A stretch of DNA of 64,000 nt, taken from positions 23,622,001 through 23,686,000 of the forward strand of contig CATNEN010000001.1 of the NCBI GenBank assembly GCA_950097015.1, in the 5' to 3' direction. Within the stretch, counting starts at the first letter, position 1. Each line of letters starts with the position of its first letter. Shown piece by piece: positions 1-12,305 of this stretch. Made by a program: the position numbers and the translations under genes. The notes under the pieces are model-generated. The model searched no databases. It worked only from the letters and a program-made list of their open reading frames with translations, and had not been told where the DNA came from. The DNA comes from Macrostomum hystrix. Taxonomy: Eukaryota; Animalia; Platyhelminthes.

Positions 1-90
1 CTCCCATTCTCTCTCCCGTGTCCTCCAATGTCTCTCTCCCGTGTCCTCCCATTCTCTCTCCCGTGTCCTCCCATTCTCTCTCCCGTGTCC
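1..90. repeat. 22-bp minisatellite (ctcccattctctctcccgtgtc), truncated by window start
   Basis: Tandem copies are directly visible; the same unit recurs at about 1240-1385. Confidence 0.95.
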
Positions 91-800
91 TTTGCCTTTT
101 GGCGGTCCGCAGTTCAAAGCAATTGCCTTTCACCGAATGTCGATGCATTGTAACTAATTTTGCCTACTTATTGTTTCCAACCAGGCCCGTGCCGAGATTC
201 GTCTCTGTCTGGCGGTCCGCAGCAATAGCAGCAGCAGTGGCAGCGGCATCCGTGGCAGCAAAGGCGAGCAGCTCCTCTCGCCGACTTTCGCGTCTCAGTT
301 CTTCTCGTTCGCGAATTCTCTGCACCACGGCCGAGTTACCCATGCTGAGCAGGTTAACTTGGCGCAGGTTAACTGTTCCTAGCGGTCCTCCGCTTAGACA
401 AGATTTGCTTTATACGTCTGATCTTACTGAGCTTTTCGGAAACGTGTGCAGTTTATTTTATTGCTTTTTCACTTCTTGGCAGCTGCGAGCGGAAACTGGA
501 CTTGAATACTGAGAGATCTTGAATGCGATCAAAGTTTCATTTCTCTGCGCCTGAAAAACACCGCCTCGGTACACCTGGCTGCTGTGCATTTTAAGCCACT
601 TTACCTAGAAAAACCCGATTTCGCTTCACTTTATATTTTTGTTTTTGTGCGCGCGTCAGCTGTTACAGCTGCACTGAGTTTGCCTTGGCCCGTGAGAGGG
701 TCATGCGAAGGGCGCGGAAGGCATCCCGACTTTGGTTCGCAAGGATGTTGATGAGGTCTGCGAGACTGCCCACAGTTCTGGTTGCCCGCCCTCCCGTCTA

Positions 801-1570
801 TCTCCAATGTCTCTCTCCAATGTCTCTCTCCAATGTCTCTCTCCAATGTCTCTCTCCAGTCCCTCTCTCCAATGTCTCTCTCTTGTGCCTCTCCAATGTC
901 TCTTTCTTGTGCCTCTCCAATGTCTCTTTCTTGTGCCTCTCCAATGTCTCTTTCTTGTGCCTCCCCAATGTCTCTTTCTTGTGCCTCTCCAATGTCTCTT
1001 TCTTGTGCCTCTCCAATGTCTCTTTCTTGTGCCTCTCCAATGTCTCTTTCTTGTGCCTCCCCAATGTCTCTTTCTTGTGCCTCTCCAATGTCTCTTTCTT
1101 GTGCCTCTCCAATGTCTCTTTCTTGTGCCTCTCCAATGTCTCTTTCTTGTGCCTCTCCAATGTCTCTTTCTTGTGCCTCCCCAATGTCTCTTTCTTGTGC
1201 CTCTCCAATGTCTCCCTCCAATGTCTCTCTCCAGTATCCTCCCATTCTTTCTCCCGTGTCCTCCCATTCTCTCTCCCGTGTCCTCCCATTCTCTCTCCCG
1301 TGTCCTCCCATTCTCTCTCCCGTGTCCTCCCATTCTCTCTCCCGTGTCCTCCCATTCTCTCTCCCGTGTCCTCCCATTCTCTCTCCTATATCCTCCAATG
1401 TCTTTCTCCCGTGACATCCCATTCTCTCTCCCGTGACATCCCATTCTCTCTCCCGTGACATCCCATTCTCTCTCCCGTGACATCCCATTCTCTCTCCCGT
1501 GACATCCCATTCTCTCTCCCGTGACAACCCATTCTCTCTCCCGTGACATCCCATTCTCTCTCCCGTGACA
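801..1570. repeat. Composite minisatellite: 14-bp, then 24-bp, then two 22-bp unit types
   Basis: Units ctccaatgtctctc, ctccaatgtctctttcttgtgcct, ctcccattctctctcccgtgtc and catcccattctctctcccgtga abut one another. Confidence 0.95.
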
Positions 1571-1867
1571 TAGACTCCTAAATAATAGCATCTGGACTGG
1601 GAGCGAAAAAATATTTTTTTACTACATGGGGCAACTTCTTCCCTACATAAAGTTAGCTTAAATTTTCGGGCCGAGGATCTGTCTCTCCAAGCACTCGGCT
1701 CCAACCAATTGTACATGGGACATGCCCAATCTACATTCCATGCCCCAGACTGCAAGTACTCTTGGAAGAAGTAGAATATATGCGTGTGAATAAATCATGT
1801 CCTTACCAGCGCACATTGCTAAAATTACTCACCATTTCCTTATTTTTTTTAATATTCTCTGATTGAT

Positions 1868-2190
1868 TGGTAAAGATATGCTCTGTATTCAGATTGCTAA
1901 AACCGAGCATACGGAAAAACAGAGGGACTCAGTTTTCACAGATACCCATTGCAAGACCCAGTACTGCTGCAGAATTGGAAGCGAACCAACTCAAGGAAGG
2001 ATTTCAAGCAAACAAGTAACACTAGAATCTGTTCTGTGCACTTTCATTCTAATTCTAACAACATGGTGGAGAATACGCTGGACACCAACACTAGGCTCGC
2101 AAGGAGAGCGATAATAAATTATTCAAGCGATACCTCCAGGAAGGAGCCGTGCCGTCCATATTCCAAATATGCTCCATGGTATCTATCGTC
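1868..2190 (+). pseudogene. Frameshifted THAP zinc-finger remnant (probable P-element-type transposase N-terminus)
   Basis: Joining frames gives VKICSVF..C / GLSFHRYPLQDPVLLQNWKR..RICSVHF / LQEGAVPSIF. This is the THAP C2CH signature with conserved P, W, F and the AVPTIF box; at least two frameshifts. Confidence 0.8.
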
Positions 2191-3068
2191 AACATCTTCA
2201 ACATCCATTTGGCCGATCACGGCGTTTGGCGGCCCTCAATCTTGGCCGATTGACCGGAGATTGACATTGCCGTTGACGAGACTAGAGACTTCAGCGCTGC
2301 TCAGGATTTCATGAGTCAATTGGCAGAAAAGTTGGAATTGGACTGAGCGACGATCGGAAGATGTCAGCAGCCGCAGTTTCAAGAAGACTAGTTCAAAATC
2401 GGTCTCGTGATTCGTGCAAGGAGCTGCTTCTTGAGCAGGCTGTGGCTCCTCTGGAAGTGGACTGGGCCCCGCCGCAGGCGCAGTTTCTAGAATGCTTCAC
2501 GCCGCTGACTTGTTTCGTGGCTTCCATGCAATTAAAAATCAATAACTGTCCCAATGCACTGTGTTAAGCTTTTTCGATTACTAGCTCGTATTTTCAAGTA
2601 ACTCCACTTGATTTACGCATTTCGATTTCAAATCATATTAAAATACGAGTACAATTACTCGTACAAGCCACTCCCTTTGTAAATTCGCTTGATTTCGTGC
2701 ATTTCAATTACGCTCGCATAAAGCATTCTTTTAAATAAATTGGAGTTCTACTACCTATGCACAAAAACAAAAAGCACAGGCACACGGGGTCTACATTGGT
2801 TGTGTTGGCGGACTGCTCTAAATTTATTTTTAATTATCCGAATTCATAAAAGCGATAAAAGAGCAGGAAATTCAGTTATCCCATAACACTTTTTTTCCTG
2901 TTTGTTAAGAAAGGTATAAAAAGCCTGACAGAGTTGAATGCGAGGACAAAGAAACAAGGCCAGGTAACAAAAGAATTTGAAATCATTTCTGTGGAGCTCT
3001 TTAGCGCCATAAAAATGTTACATAAGAATTAAAACTCCGACTATAAATTGCAGCTGAAAGGCATGTAC

Positions 3069-3860
3069 AGAAACGGCACTGAACCATTCAGAACCGGAAC
3101 CAAATCATTCCGAAACGGAACCAAACCATTCAAAAACGGAACCAAACCATTCAGAAACGGAACCAAACCATTCTGAAACGGAACCAAATCATTCAGAAAC
3201 GGAACCAAACCATTCAGAAACGGAACCAAATCATTCAGAAACGGAACCAAACCATTCAGAAACGGAACCAAATCATTTAGAAACGGAACCAAACCATTCA
3301 GAAACGGAACCAAATCATTCAGAAACGGAACCAAATCATTCAGAAACGGAACCAAATCATTTAGAAACGGAACCTAAACCATTCAGAAACGGAACCAAAT
3401 CATTCAGAAACGGAACCAAATCATTCAGAAACGGAACCTAAACCATTCAGAAACGGAACCTAAACCATTCAGAAACGGAACCAAATCATTCAGAAACGGA
3501 ACCAAACCATTCAGAAACGGAACCAAACCATTCAGAAACGGAACCAAATCATTCAGAAACGGAACCAAATCATTCAGAAACGGAAACAAACCATTCAGAA
3601 ACGGAACCAAATCATTCAGAAACGTAACCTAAACCATTCAGAAACGGAACCTAAACCATTCAGAAACGGAACCAAATCATTCAGAAACGGAACCAAATCA
3701 TTCAGAAACGGAACCAAACCATTCAGAAACGGAACCAAATCATTCAGAAACGGAACCAAATCATTCAGAAACGGAACCAAATCATTCAGAAACGGAAACA
3801 AACCATTCAGAAACGGAACCAAATCATTCAGAAACGGAACTAAACCATTCAGAAACGGAA
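3069..3860. repeat. 21-bp minisatellite (aaccattcagaaacggaacca)
   Basis: Tandem copies with c/t variants. Confidence 0.97.
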
Positions 3861-4006
3861 TCAGACATGCGTAGTGTATTGAGAATGAGCCGTCGTTTTC
3901 ACAAAAGTGGAGATTGAATAAAATAATGCTTTAGTTAATAAAATCCAATCAATTATTGCTAACTTCTGCTTAATCTCCGAGTCCCAGACGAAACAACCAA
4001 TGGAAT

Positions 4007-5649
4007 TCAGCTGTTATTCAGCAGGTTGAGTACGATATTCAGGTACTCCGCTCGCACCCACAGGGTGTCCCAGTCGTAGAAGTTCCACGGATCCAGACGC
4101 TGAAGGCTGCGCGCGGACAGCAGGGTGTAGTTACGGTCGAGGAAGAACTGGACCAACCGGCTGTAGTGAGGCGTGCGGGACGCAGGCAAGGCAGCGTGGT
4201 TGCGCCACCACTCCATCTGCACTACGGCGAAGCGGCGCTGGTCGAACAGTCGCTTGCCAGTGTTCAGAAAGACGATCTCGCTGGTCTCGATGTCGATCTT
4301 GGCCACAACAAGATTGCTGCCTAGCAACGGCAGCAGGTCGTCAGCTTCAGCGGTCATCACCGGCACGGTGTCCGTGGCCCACACGCCGCCGTCCTTGCCG
4401 TCGAGTGTCTCGCCGCCAGCCCCGCCGACGTTACAGACGGCCTCGGGAAAGCTGAGGTAGCGCAGGCTGACCCGATCGGCGAAGTAGGCCCACACCAGGG
4501 TCAGGCGCGGGTCCTTTGTCGGCCACTGCATTGCCTGTGAAGCCAGGCGAAGGCGGGCCAGATTGCGCAGGTTGGCGTCCACAGCAACGGTTGTCAGGCC
4601 GGCGTCTCTGGCTGATAGGCTGTACACGCCGATGTTGCTGCCGACATCCAGAAATGTGACAGGCTGCTGGGCTGCAGCCAGGCCCAGTGTGACTTTGACT
4701 AGCTTGGTGACTAGCTCGGACTCCCAGCTGTGGCTGCTGGCCAAATTCGAAGAGATCGAGTCACCCGGATAGCCGAATATTGACACCCGGCGTCGAGTGG
4801 CCTCATTGTAGAGCTGGAGTGGCAGCGCAGCGGCTGAGACCTCCTGGGGTAAGAGGTTCGAGAGATCGGGGGTAAGAGGGATCAGGGATCGGAATCAGGG
4901 ATCAGGATCAGGGATCGGGATCAGGGATCGGGATCAGGGATCGGGATCAGGGATCGGGATCAGGGATCGGGATCAGGGATCGGGTTCAGGGACCGGAATC
5001 AGGGATCGGGATCAGGGATCGGGTTCAGGGATCGGGATCAGGGATCGGGATCAGGGATCGGGATCGGGATCAGGGATCAACGAATCCCAAAGGCATTTGG
5101 TTTTTTTACAAATTTTCAACGTTAAATATGTATCTTCTTTTTTAGTCATGCTGAGTTCTGAATGCGTTTTGTTTGCACAGCTGTGCTCACAAAGCTCGTG
5201 TAGCAATTAAGCAGGCATTGTTGCATGAGGCTACAGCACCTACTTATTGTAGCTACTGGGCTAGAATTATGAACTATCGTCAAAAAGAGACGTACCTGCA
5301 TCACCACTTTGGACAGGTTGACAGCCAGCCGGCACAGCGGAAAGCGACCTCCTAGAAGGCTGAACGCCAAGCTGCTTTCAGTGCCATCGGCTGGCTGACA
5401 CAGACTTCGCCGCAGTTCCTCGTCCTCCAAGAACTTCAGGCCAGTCAGCTCTCGGTAGCCTCTGCAACTGGATGTCGCTAAGGCACCTGACGAGGAATCA
5501 CCGAGCACAATGGCTGGCAGGAGTCGCTGCGTGGACCAGACCATTCGCAGCTGTGTCTGGCCCATCGCTGACACGAGTATTGCGATGGCAGCACAGAGGC
5601 CCAGGATGAACCACACTAGCGTAGATCGCCTGCAACTGGTCAGAGGCAT
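4007..5649 (-). CDS. FkbM/Methyltransf_21-family SAM-dependent methyltransferase with N-terminal signal anchor; exons 5649-5296 and 4843-4007
   Basis: Phase-0 GT-AG intron 5295-4844 joins MPLTSCRRSTLVWFILGLCAAIAILVSA..MQ to EVSAAAL..; motifs FLDVGSNIGVYSL, VAVDAN and KIDIETSE. Confidence 0.88.
4877..5078. repeat. Intronic 12-bp repeat (cagggatcgggat-like)
   Basis: GGGATC-based tandem inside the methyltransferase intron. Confidence 0.95.
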
Positions 5650-6474
5650 CCTTGCTGGCTGCTGCAGTTGAAGTGTAAACTGTGTTTGATGTATGTGTTG
5701 CAGTGGCCTATAGCTGGAGTTAGTGTATTTACGGTCAGCAGAGACGAGGGGAAACTTGCTGGGCAAGAAGGCCTTGTGTGCACACTTTAGCCACTCCTTC
5801 CTCGGTCGCATATAGCCCTGTCCCTCCCTTTACCCTACCCCCATTCCCTACCCCCCTACTGTACTCGGGCAGGGCTTTAGCTTCAGCTGGGATGGGACAA
5901 CGCCATTGAAGAAGCAATTTTTCTTCTATCTCTCATTCGATTTGCAGATCTGCCTGTGCCCAAGCACTGCAGATTGTGAAGGGGCCAATGAACAAGCTGC
6001 TCTGAATGAATGAAATTGATTTTCATTTGTAATAGGCAAACTGTTTCTGTTGACTTATTATTTTAATGGATTTTTTAACTTACGTTTTCGTTGACTTTCG
6101 GTGACTCTCGGCTCGGGTGAATTTATTCAGCTTTAAATTGGGCTCCAACACTTAGTGTGTTAAAAAATATCTGGACATGGTATCAAGAAAATTCGGACGG
6201 ACATAGACATAGGACACAGTTAAACGTAGTATTTTGTCACTAATTGCTTAGCAAATAACCCGAATTAGGAAAGCAGTTTTTCAAATAATCTGCTAATATG
6301 GGTGGGGAAGGGAAGACAGAAAAAGAGAGGAAGGGGAGTGTTTTATACGGGCTCCAAGGAAAAAATATAAGCTAAATTGTACATAATACAGATGCTATTT
6401 TTAGAACTCTATGGTCTAGACTCTAGCCCTGTCCCAGGCGGAGGGGGAGGCGCGAGCTGAGCCAAGGCCCTAGC

Positions 6475-6623
6475 CAAAGAGTATCGAGGTCGCCTAGTAT
6501 AGAGTGTAAGGACGAAAATCTGAAGCCGACTTTTACGACCTAGAATCCACCCACCCCCTCCGGTCACCAAGCTTTTTAGTCTATGGAACAAATTTTGGCT
6601 AGAATGGTGTACAAAGCCAATGC
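6475..6623 (+). mobile_element. Terminal segment of a non-autonomous P-like DNA element (starts CAAAGAGTATCGAG)
   Basis: An inverted, diverged copy lies at 12306-12450; the start resembles the CAAAGATTAT terminus of the P element at 23324. Confidence 0.55.
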
Positions 6624-6849
6624 TAAAAAACGAGTATGCATTGAAAAATACGTAGAAGATAAAGCGTGGCTTTTAGGGTTGCATTTGTTTAAATCGCGAG
6701 AGCCGCAGGCTCGAGGGATTTAAGATAATACGAGTACAAGCCGTAAAGGTCATGCATTATCTCACTTTAAATGTCTATGGTCTGCTTTCAGTCAACTATA
6801 GAATGGATTTAAAGCGAAACGTGAGTAAAGCCAAAGATTATAAATACAT

Positions 6850-8645
6850 GGATTCTAGGACACATCAGCGATGAGTCAAACCGTACGGATTCTAGAATAC
6901 ATCAGCGATGAGTCGAACTGTACGGTTTCTAGAAAAAATCTTTAATGAGTCAAACTGTACGGATTCTAGGACACATCAGCGATGAGTCAAACCGTACGGA
7001 TTCTAGGACACATCAGCGATGAGTCAAACCGTACGGATTCTAGAATACATCAGCGATGAGTCGAACTGTACGGTTTCTAGAAAAAATCTTTGATGAGTCA
7101 AACTGTACGGATTCTAGGACATCAGCGATGAGTCAAACCGTACTAATTTTAGGACACATTAGCGATGAGTCAAACCGTACTGATTTTAGGACACATCAGC
7201 GATAAGTCAAACCGTACGGATTCTAGGACACATCAGCGATGAGTCAAACCGTACGGTTTCTAGGACACATCAGCGATGAGTCAAACTGTACGGTTTCTAG
7301 GACACATCAGCGACGAGTCAAACCGTACGGATTCTAGGACACATCAGCGATGAGTCAAACCGTACGGATTCTAGGACACATCAGCGATGAGTCAAACCGT
7401 ACGGATTCTAGGACACATCAGCGATGAGTCAAACCGTACGGATTCTAGGACACATCAGCGATGAGTCAAACCGTACGGATTCTAGGACACATCAGCGATG
7501 AGTCAAACCGTACGGATTCTAGAACACATCAGCGATGAGTCGAACTGTACGGTTTCTAGAAAAAATCTTTAATGAGTCAAACTGTACGGATTCTAGGACA
7601 CATCAGCGATGAGTCAAACCGTACGGATTCTAGGACACATCAGCGATGAGTCAAACCGTACGGATTCTAGAATACATCAGCGATGAGTCAAACCGTACGG
7701 ATTCTAGGACACATCAGCGATGAGTCAAACCGTACGGATTCTAGGACACATCAGCGATGAGTCAAACCGTACGGATTCTAGGACACATCAGCGATGAGTC
7801 AAACCGTACGGATTCTAGAACACATCAGCGATGAGTCGAACTGTACGGTTTCTAGAAAAAATCTTTAATGAGTCAAACTGTACGGATTCTAGGACACATC
7901 AGCGATGAGTCAAACCGTACGGATTCTAGGACACATCAGCGATGAGTCAAACCGTACGGATTCTAGAATACATCAGCGATGAGTCGAACTGTACGGTTTC
8001 TAGAAAAAATCTTTGATGAGTCAAACTGTACGGATTCTAGGACATCAGCGATGAGTCAAACCGTACTAATTTTAGGACACATTAGCGATAAGTCAAACCG
8101 TACTGATTTTTGGACACATCAGCGATAAGCCAAACCGTACGGATTCTAGGACATCAGCGATGAGTCAAACCGTACTAATTTTAGGACACATTAGCGATGA
8201 GTCAAACCGTACTGATTTTAGGACACATCAGCGATAAGTCAAACCGTACGGATTCTAGGACACATCAGCGATGAGTCAAACCGTACGGTTTCTAGGACAC
8301 ATCAGCGATGAGTCAAACTGTACGGTTTCTAGGACACATCAGCGACGAGTCAAACCGTACGGATTCTAGGACACATCAGCGATGAGTCAAACCGTACGGA
8401 TTCTAGGACACATCAGCGATGAGTCAAACCGTACGGATTCTAGGACACATCAGCGATGAGTCAAACCGTACGGATTCTAGAACACATCAGCGATGAGTCA
8501 AACCGTACGGTTTCTAGGACACATCAGCGATGAGTCAAACTGTACGGTTTCTAGGACACATCAGCGATGAGTCAAACTGTTGTGTTTTCTAAAGCACATC
8601 AGAGATGAGTCAAACTGTACGGTCTCCAGAACACATCAGCGATGA
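6850..8645. repeat. 37-bp minisatellite (ttctaggacacatcagcgatgagtcaaaccgtacgga) with higher-order blocks
   Basis: About 48 units; the variant unit tagaaaaaatcttt recurs in duplicated blocks. Confidence 0.97.
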
Positions 8646-9927
8646 AGGTTGCCTGAAGGTTGGGAGGAAATGGCAGCTAAGCCTGAAGGTTGGGAGGAAA
8701 TGGCAGCCAAGCTTGAAGATTGGGAGGGCCTGAATATTGGGAGGAAGTGGCAGCTAAGCCTGAAGATTGGGAGGAAGTGGCAGCTAAGCCTGAAGATTGG
8801 GAGGAAGTGGCAGCTAAGCCTGAAGGTTAGGAGGAAGTGGCAGCTAAGCCTGAAGATTGGGAGGAAGTGGCAGCCAAGCCTGAAGGTTGGGAGGAAATGG
8901 CAGCCAAGCTTGAAGATTGGGAGGGCCTGAATATTGGGAGGAAGTGGCAGCTAAGCCTGAAGATTGGGAGGAAGTGGCAGCTAAGCCTGAAGATTGGGAG
9001 GAAGTGGCAGCTAAGCCTGAAGATTGGGAGGAAGTGTAGCTAAGCCTGAAGGTTAGGAGGAAGTGGCAGCTAAGCCTGAAGATTGGGAGGGCCTGAATAT
9101 TGGGAGGAAGTGGCAGCTAAGCCTGAAGATTGGGAGGAAGTGGCAGCTAAGCCTGAAGATTGGGAGGAAGTGGCAGCTAAGCCTGAAGGTTAGGAGGAAG
9201 TGGCAGCTAAGCCTGAAGATTGGGAGGAAGTGGCAGCCAAGCCTGAAGGTTGGGAGGAAATGGCAGCCAAGCTTGAAGATTGGGAGGGCCTGAATATTGG
9301 GAGGAAGTGGCAGCTAAGCCTGAAGATTGGGAGGAAGTGGCAGCTAAGCCTGAAGATTGGGAGGAAGTGGCAGCTAAGCCTGAAGATTGGGAGGAAGTGT
9401 AGCTAAGCCTGAAGGTTAGGAGGAAGTGGCAGCTAAGCCTGAAGATTGGGAGGGCCTGAATATTGGGAGGAAGTGGCAGCTAAGCCTGAAGATTGGTAGG
9501 AAGTGGCAGCTAAGCCTGAAGATTGGGAGGAAGTGTCAGCTAAGCCTGAAGGTTGGGAGGGAGTGGCAGCTAAGCCTGAAGGTTGGGAGGAAATGGCAGC
9601 TAAGCCTGAAGATTGGGAGGAAGTGGCAGCTAAGCCTGAAGATTGGGAGGAAGTGGCAGCTAAGCCTGAAGGTTAGGAGGAAGTGGCAGCTAAGCCTGAA
9701 GATTGGGAGGAAGTGGCAGCTAAGCCTGAAGGTTGGGAGGAAGTGGCAGCCAAGCCTGAAGGTTGGGAGGAAATGGCAGCCAAGTCTGAAGATTGGGAGG
9801 AAGTGGCAGCTAAGCCTGAAGGTTGGGAGGAAGTGGCAGCTAAGCCTGAAGATTAAGAGGAAGTGGCAGCTAAGCCTGAAGGTTGGGAGGAAGTGGCAGC
9901 TAAGCCTGAAGGTTGGGAGGAAGTGGC
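8646..9927. repeat. 30-bp minisatellite (gcctgaagattgggaggaagtggcagctaa) with 363-bp higher-order repeat
   Basis: ORFs with identical starts at 8837/9200 and 9063/9426 show the 363-bp period. Confidence 0.97.
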
Positions 9928-10315
9928 TCAAAATGTTAGACGAGTGGAAATTCGAACAGAGGAAATGCATTTTGCGCAAAAACAGCAACAGGTTTTTTAA
10001 AAAACAAAGAAAAAGGCAAAGCTTGTGTTTTAGCATTTTTTACCTAGAAATGGCACAGAAAAAAGGCTCAGACACATTGAGCGTCCCATTGCCACTCTAA
10101 TTAATTTGAAACTGTTTTAAGTTAGTGACAAGGCTTGCTTTAATGACTATTTATTATAAATATATTTCCATGCCAAATAGTTCGGTTTACATACTAATAT
10201 ACCTTTTAACCATTTTTTGGACATAAATGAAGTTTATTTAGTCCTTGGTCAGCTCAGTCCTAGAAAGTGAGTTTGATTTAGTCAGCACTCGGGCTTACCG
10301 TAGACGTAGACAATA

Positions 10316-11197
10316 CACCATTTTACCCTCAATTTTGAACAACGACAACTTCAATAGTGACAAACTCCGATTCAAATTCGACAGTTAACGGCAAGGCACG
10401 TCAAAGCTACATTCAATGTTGATCGAGATCAAGCGACTGCCAGTCTACAGCCCATTCTTGACTCCGGTAGAGAACGCCATCTCTTGCTGGAAGGCAGCTC
10501 TGAAGCAGTGTTTGGCTCGGATCCAAGCTGACTTCATCCAGCCCACAGCAGAGCAGCTCGCAGGGCGGACACTGGTGGCCTACAGACGTGACATCCTGTT
10601 CCGTGAAGTGGACTACACAGTCAATAGCGTCTCGGCCGAGAAGTGCGCGCACTGGTTCAACCTGTGCTATTTGTACGTTCCACGCTGCCTGGCCTCAGAG
10701 CCGGTTGAGGGCTAGAGGCAATGAGGGACTTAATGACCAAAAAAGACTGTTTTCAATGCACCATGTGTTCGGACCCGTTCTACGTAAAATAAATGTGAGA
10801 AATAAATGTAAGGCTTTACGTAAGGAAATGGGACGAATATATCTAAAAAATGTTACGCTCCACCGACCACCTTTCTGTCTTACCAGTCCGTCGAAATTGG
10901 ACGTAGACTGTCTATATTGAAGTGGAGTTGACAAAATTGAAGCGGATATTCAGGAGAGAATTTACCATAGAGTGTAACTTTTGTCGTTCGCAGTGTCAAA
11001 ATTGAATCAGAGTTTTAGACAACTTGAGGAGTGAGGAATTGGCTCGCGCATGGGCTAAATCGGACCTTTTCAAAATTGAAGTTGACTGTGTCAACATTGA
11101 ATGTAGCTTTGACGTGCCTTGCCGTTAACTGTCGAATTTGAATCGGAGTTTGTCACTATTGAAGTTGTCGTTGTTCAAAATTGAGGGTAAAATGGTG
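10316..11197 (+). mobile_element. Internally deleted Tc1/mariner (IS630-like) element, 107-bp inverted repeats, TA TSD
   Basis: 10316-10422 is the reverse complement of 11091-11197; TA at 10314-15 and 11198-99; carries transposase C-terminus RLPVYSPFLTPVENAISCWK (LPxYSPxLNPIE-like). Confidence 0.92.
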
Positions 11198-11289
11198 TAG
11201 TAAAGAAATGAAATCGATTTAGTCAAGTGTCGTGTTTTTAAACCGTTCCATGACTTGATTTTAGTCAAAATGAATTTTATTTAGTCATC

Positions 11290-11756
11290 ATGGCGGCAAC
11301 TGTAGGCATTCGCAGAGTTACAATCTCTGAGCAGGACCGGCGAAGACTCATCGACGCCTTTTTGGCAATGTCGATTGGCAGCAACAAGCGAGACAGCTAA
11401 ACATTCCACGTCAGTCTGCCAGAAATGTTATCGTTAAATACGAACAAAGTGGACGCGTTCAAGCATTGAGACGAGGCGGAAATAAGCCAAAAGCTTTAAC
11501 TGAAGCTATGCTCGACAGCCCTGTTGAATTTGTTGGTGAAACACCCACCATGACGCTCAATGACATGCGGCAGCTAGGCGACAGGAACGTTGCCAACGCA
11601 CTTGGCATCAATCTACAAGAACACCGCGCCCGCATTCTTGAGCGCGAACTGGAGGCGAGTATGGCAGCTGTCACACAGCCTCACTGCGAAGCCTGGCATC
11701 GTGAGAACCTTCGGTACATACCCCGCTGCATTGCCATGGAAGACATTGTTGATTAA
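11290..11756 (+). pseudogene. Second Tc1/IS630-like transposase remnant (HTH N-terminus joined by deletion to the C-terminus)
   Basis: MAATVGIRRVTISEQDRRRLIDAF / QARQLNIPRQSARNVIVKYEQSGRVQALRRGG with a frameshift; C-terminus CEAWHRENLRYIPRC aligns with CAHWFNLCYLYVPRC of the inner element. Confidence 0.8.
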
Positions 11757-12305
11757 ATTGAAAAGGGGAAGTGTCGTGACATAAAGTTTTTGGTTTGTGT
11801 TGTTCTTGTTTAAGCTTTCGTCTCATGGCTATAAGTGGCTAATGTAGCTGGACGAATACCATGTATGCTTAAAACGTCCTCAAGACATTATTTCTGTATC
11901 TTTACTGTAACCGTATGTACATTGATTGCATTGTGTAAGGAGAAAAGAAGTTGAGTAGGATTCTTGCAGCAGAGTCGGAAAGACAAAAACATAAGTGATA
12001 AACAGGCAGAGCGAAAGAAAACAGTACTATGAGCAAATAAGCAGGAAGTAATGTAGCAAACATGTCAAGTGAGAGAGGAGAGGAGTCATAGCCTCGATCG
12101 CCAGAAGAATATCTAAAAAGAAGGAAATTAGCTGCGGTCTGTGGTTGTTGCTTAAACAATTGCAGGTCAGTGAGTCAATGAGATGCAAGTCCATTGCCAG
12201 CGCGAAAATAGAATATTTATATTTACTGAGAACATTTTTATCCTGATAGGCTTGTCGAATTACAGTATCTCTGATGGTTGATTCACAAAGATTCACAAAG
12301 CATTG

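Noticed and set aside
180-800. Possible minus-strand exons (..LINILANQSRDAFRALRMTLSRAK; ..VVQRIREREELRRESRREELLAF)
   Set aside because: Coding-like, but I could not build a consistent splice model or recognise a family; the similarity to a helicase motif VI is too weak.
6850-9927. CRISPR-like 37-bp and 30-bp repeats
   Set aside because: Head-to-tail units with no unique spacers, no cas genes, eukaryotic context.
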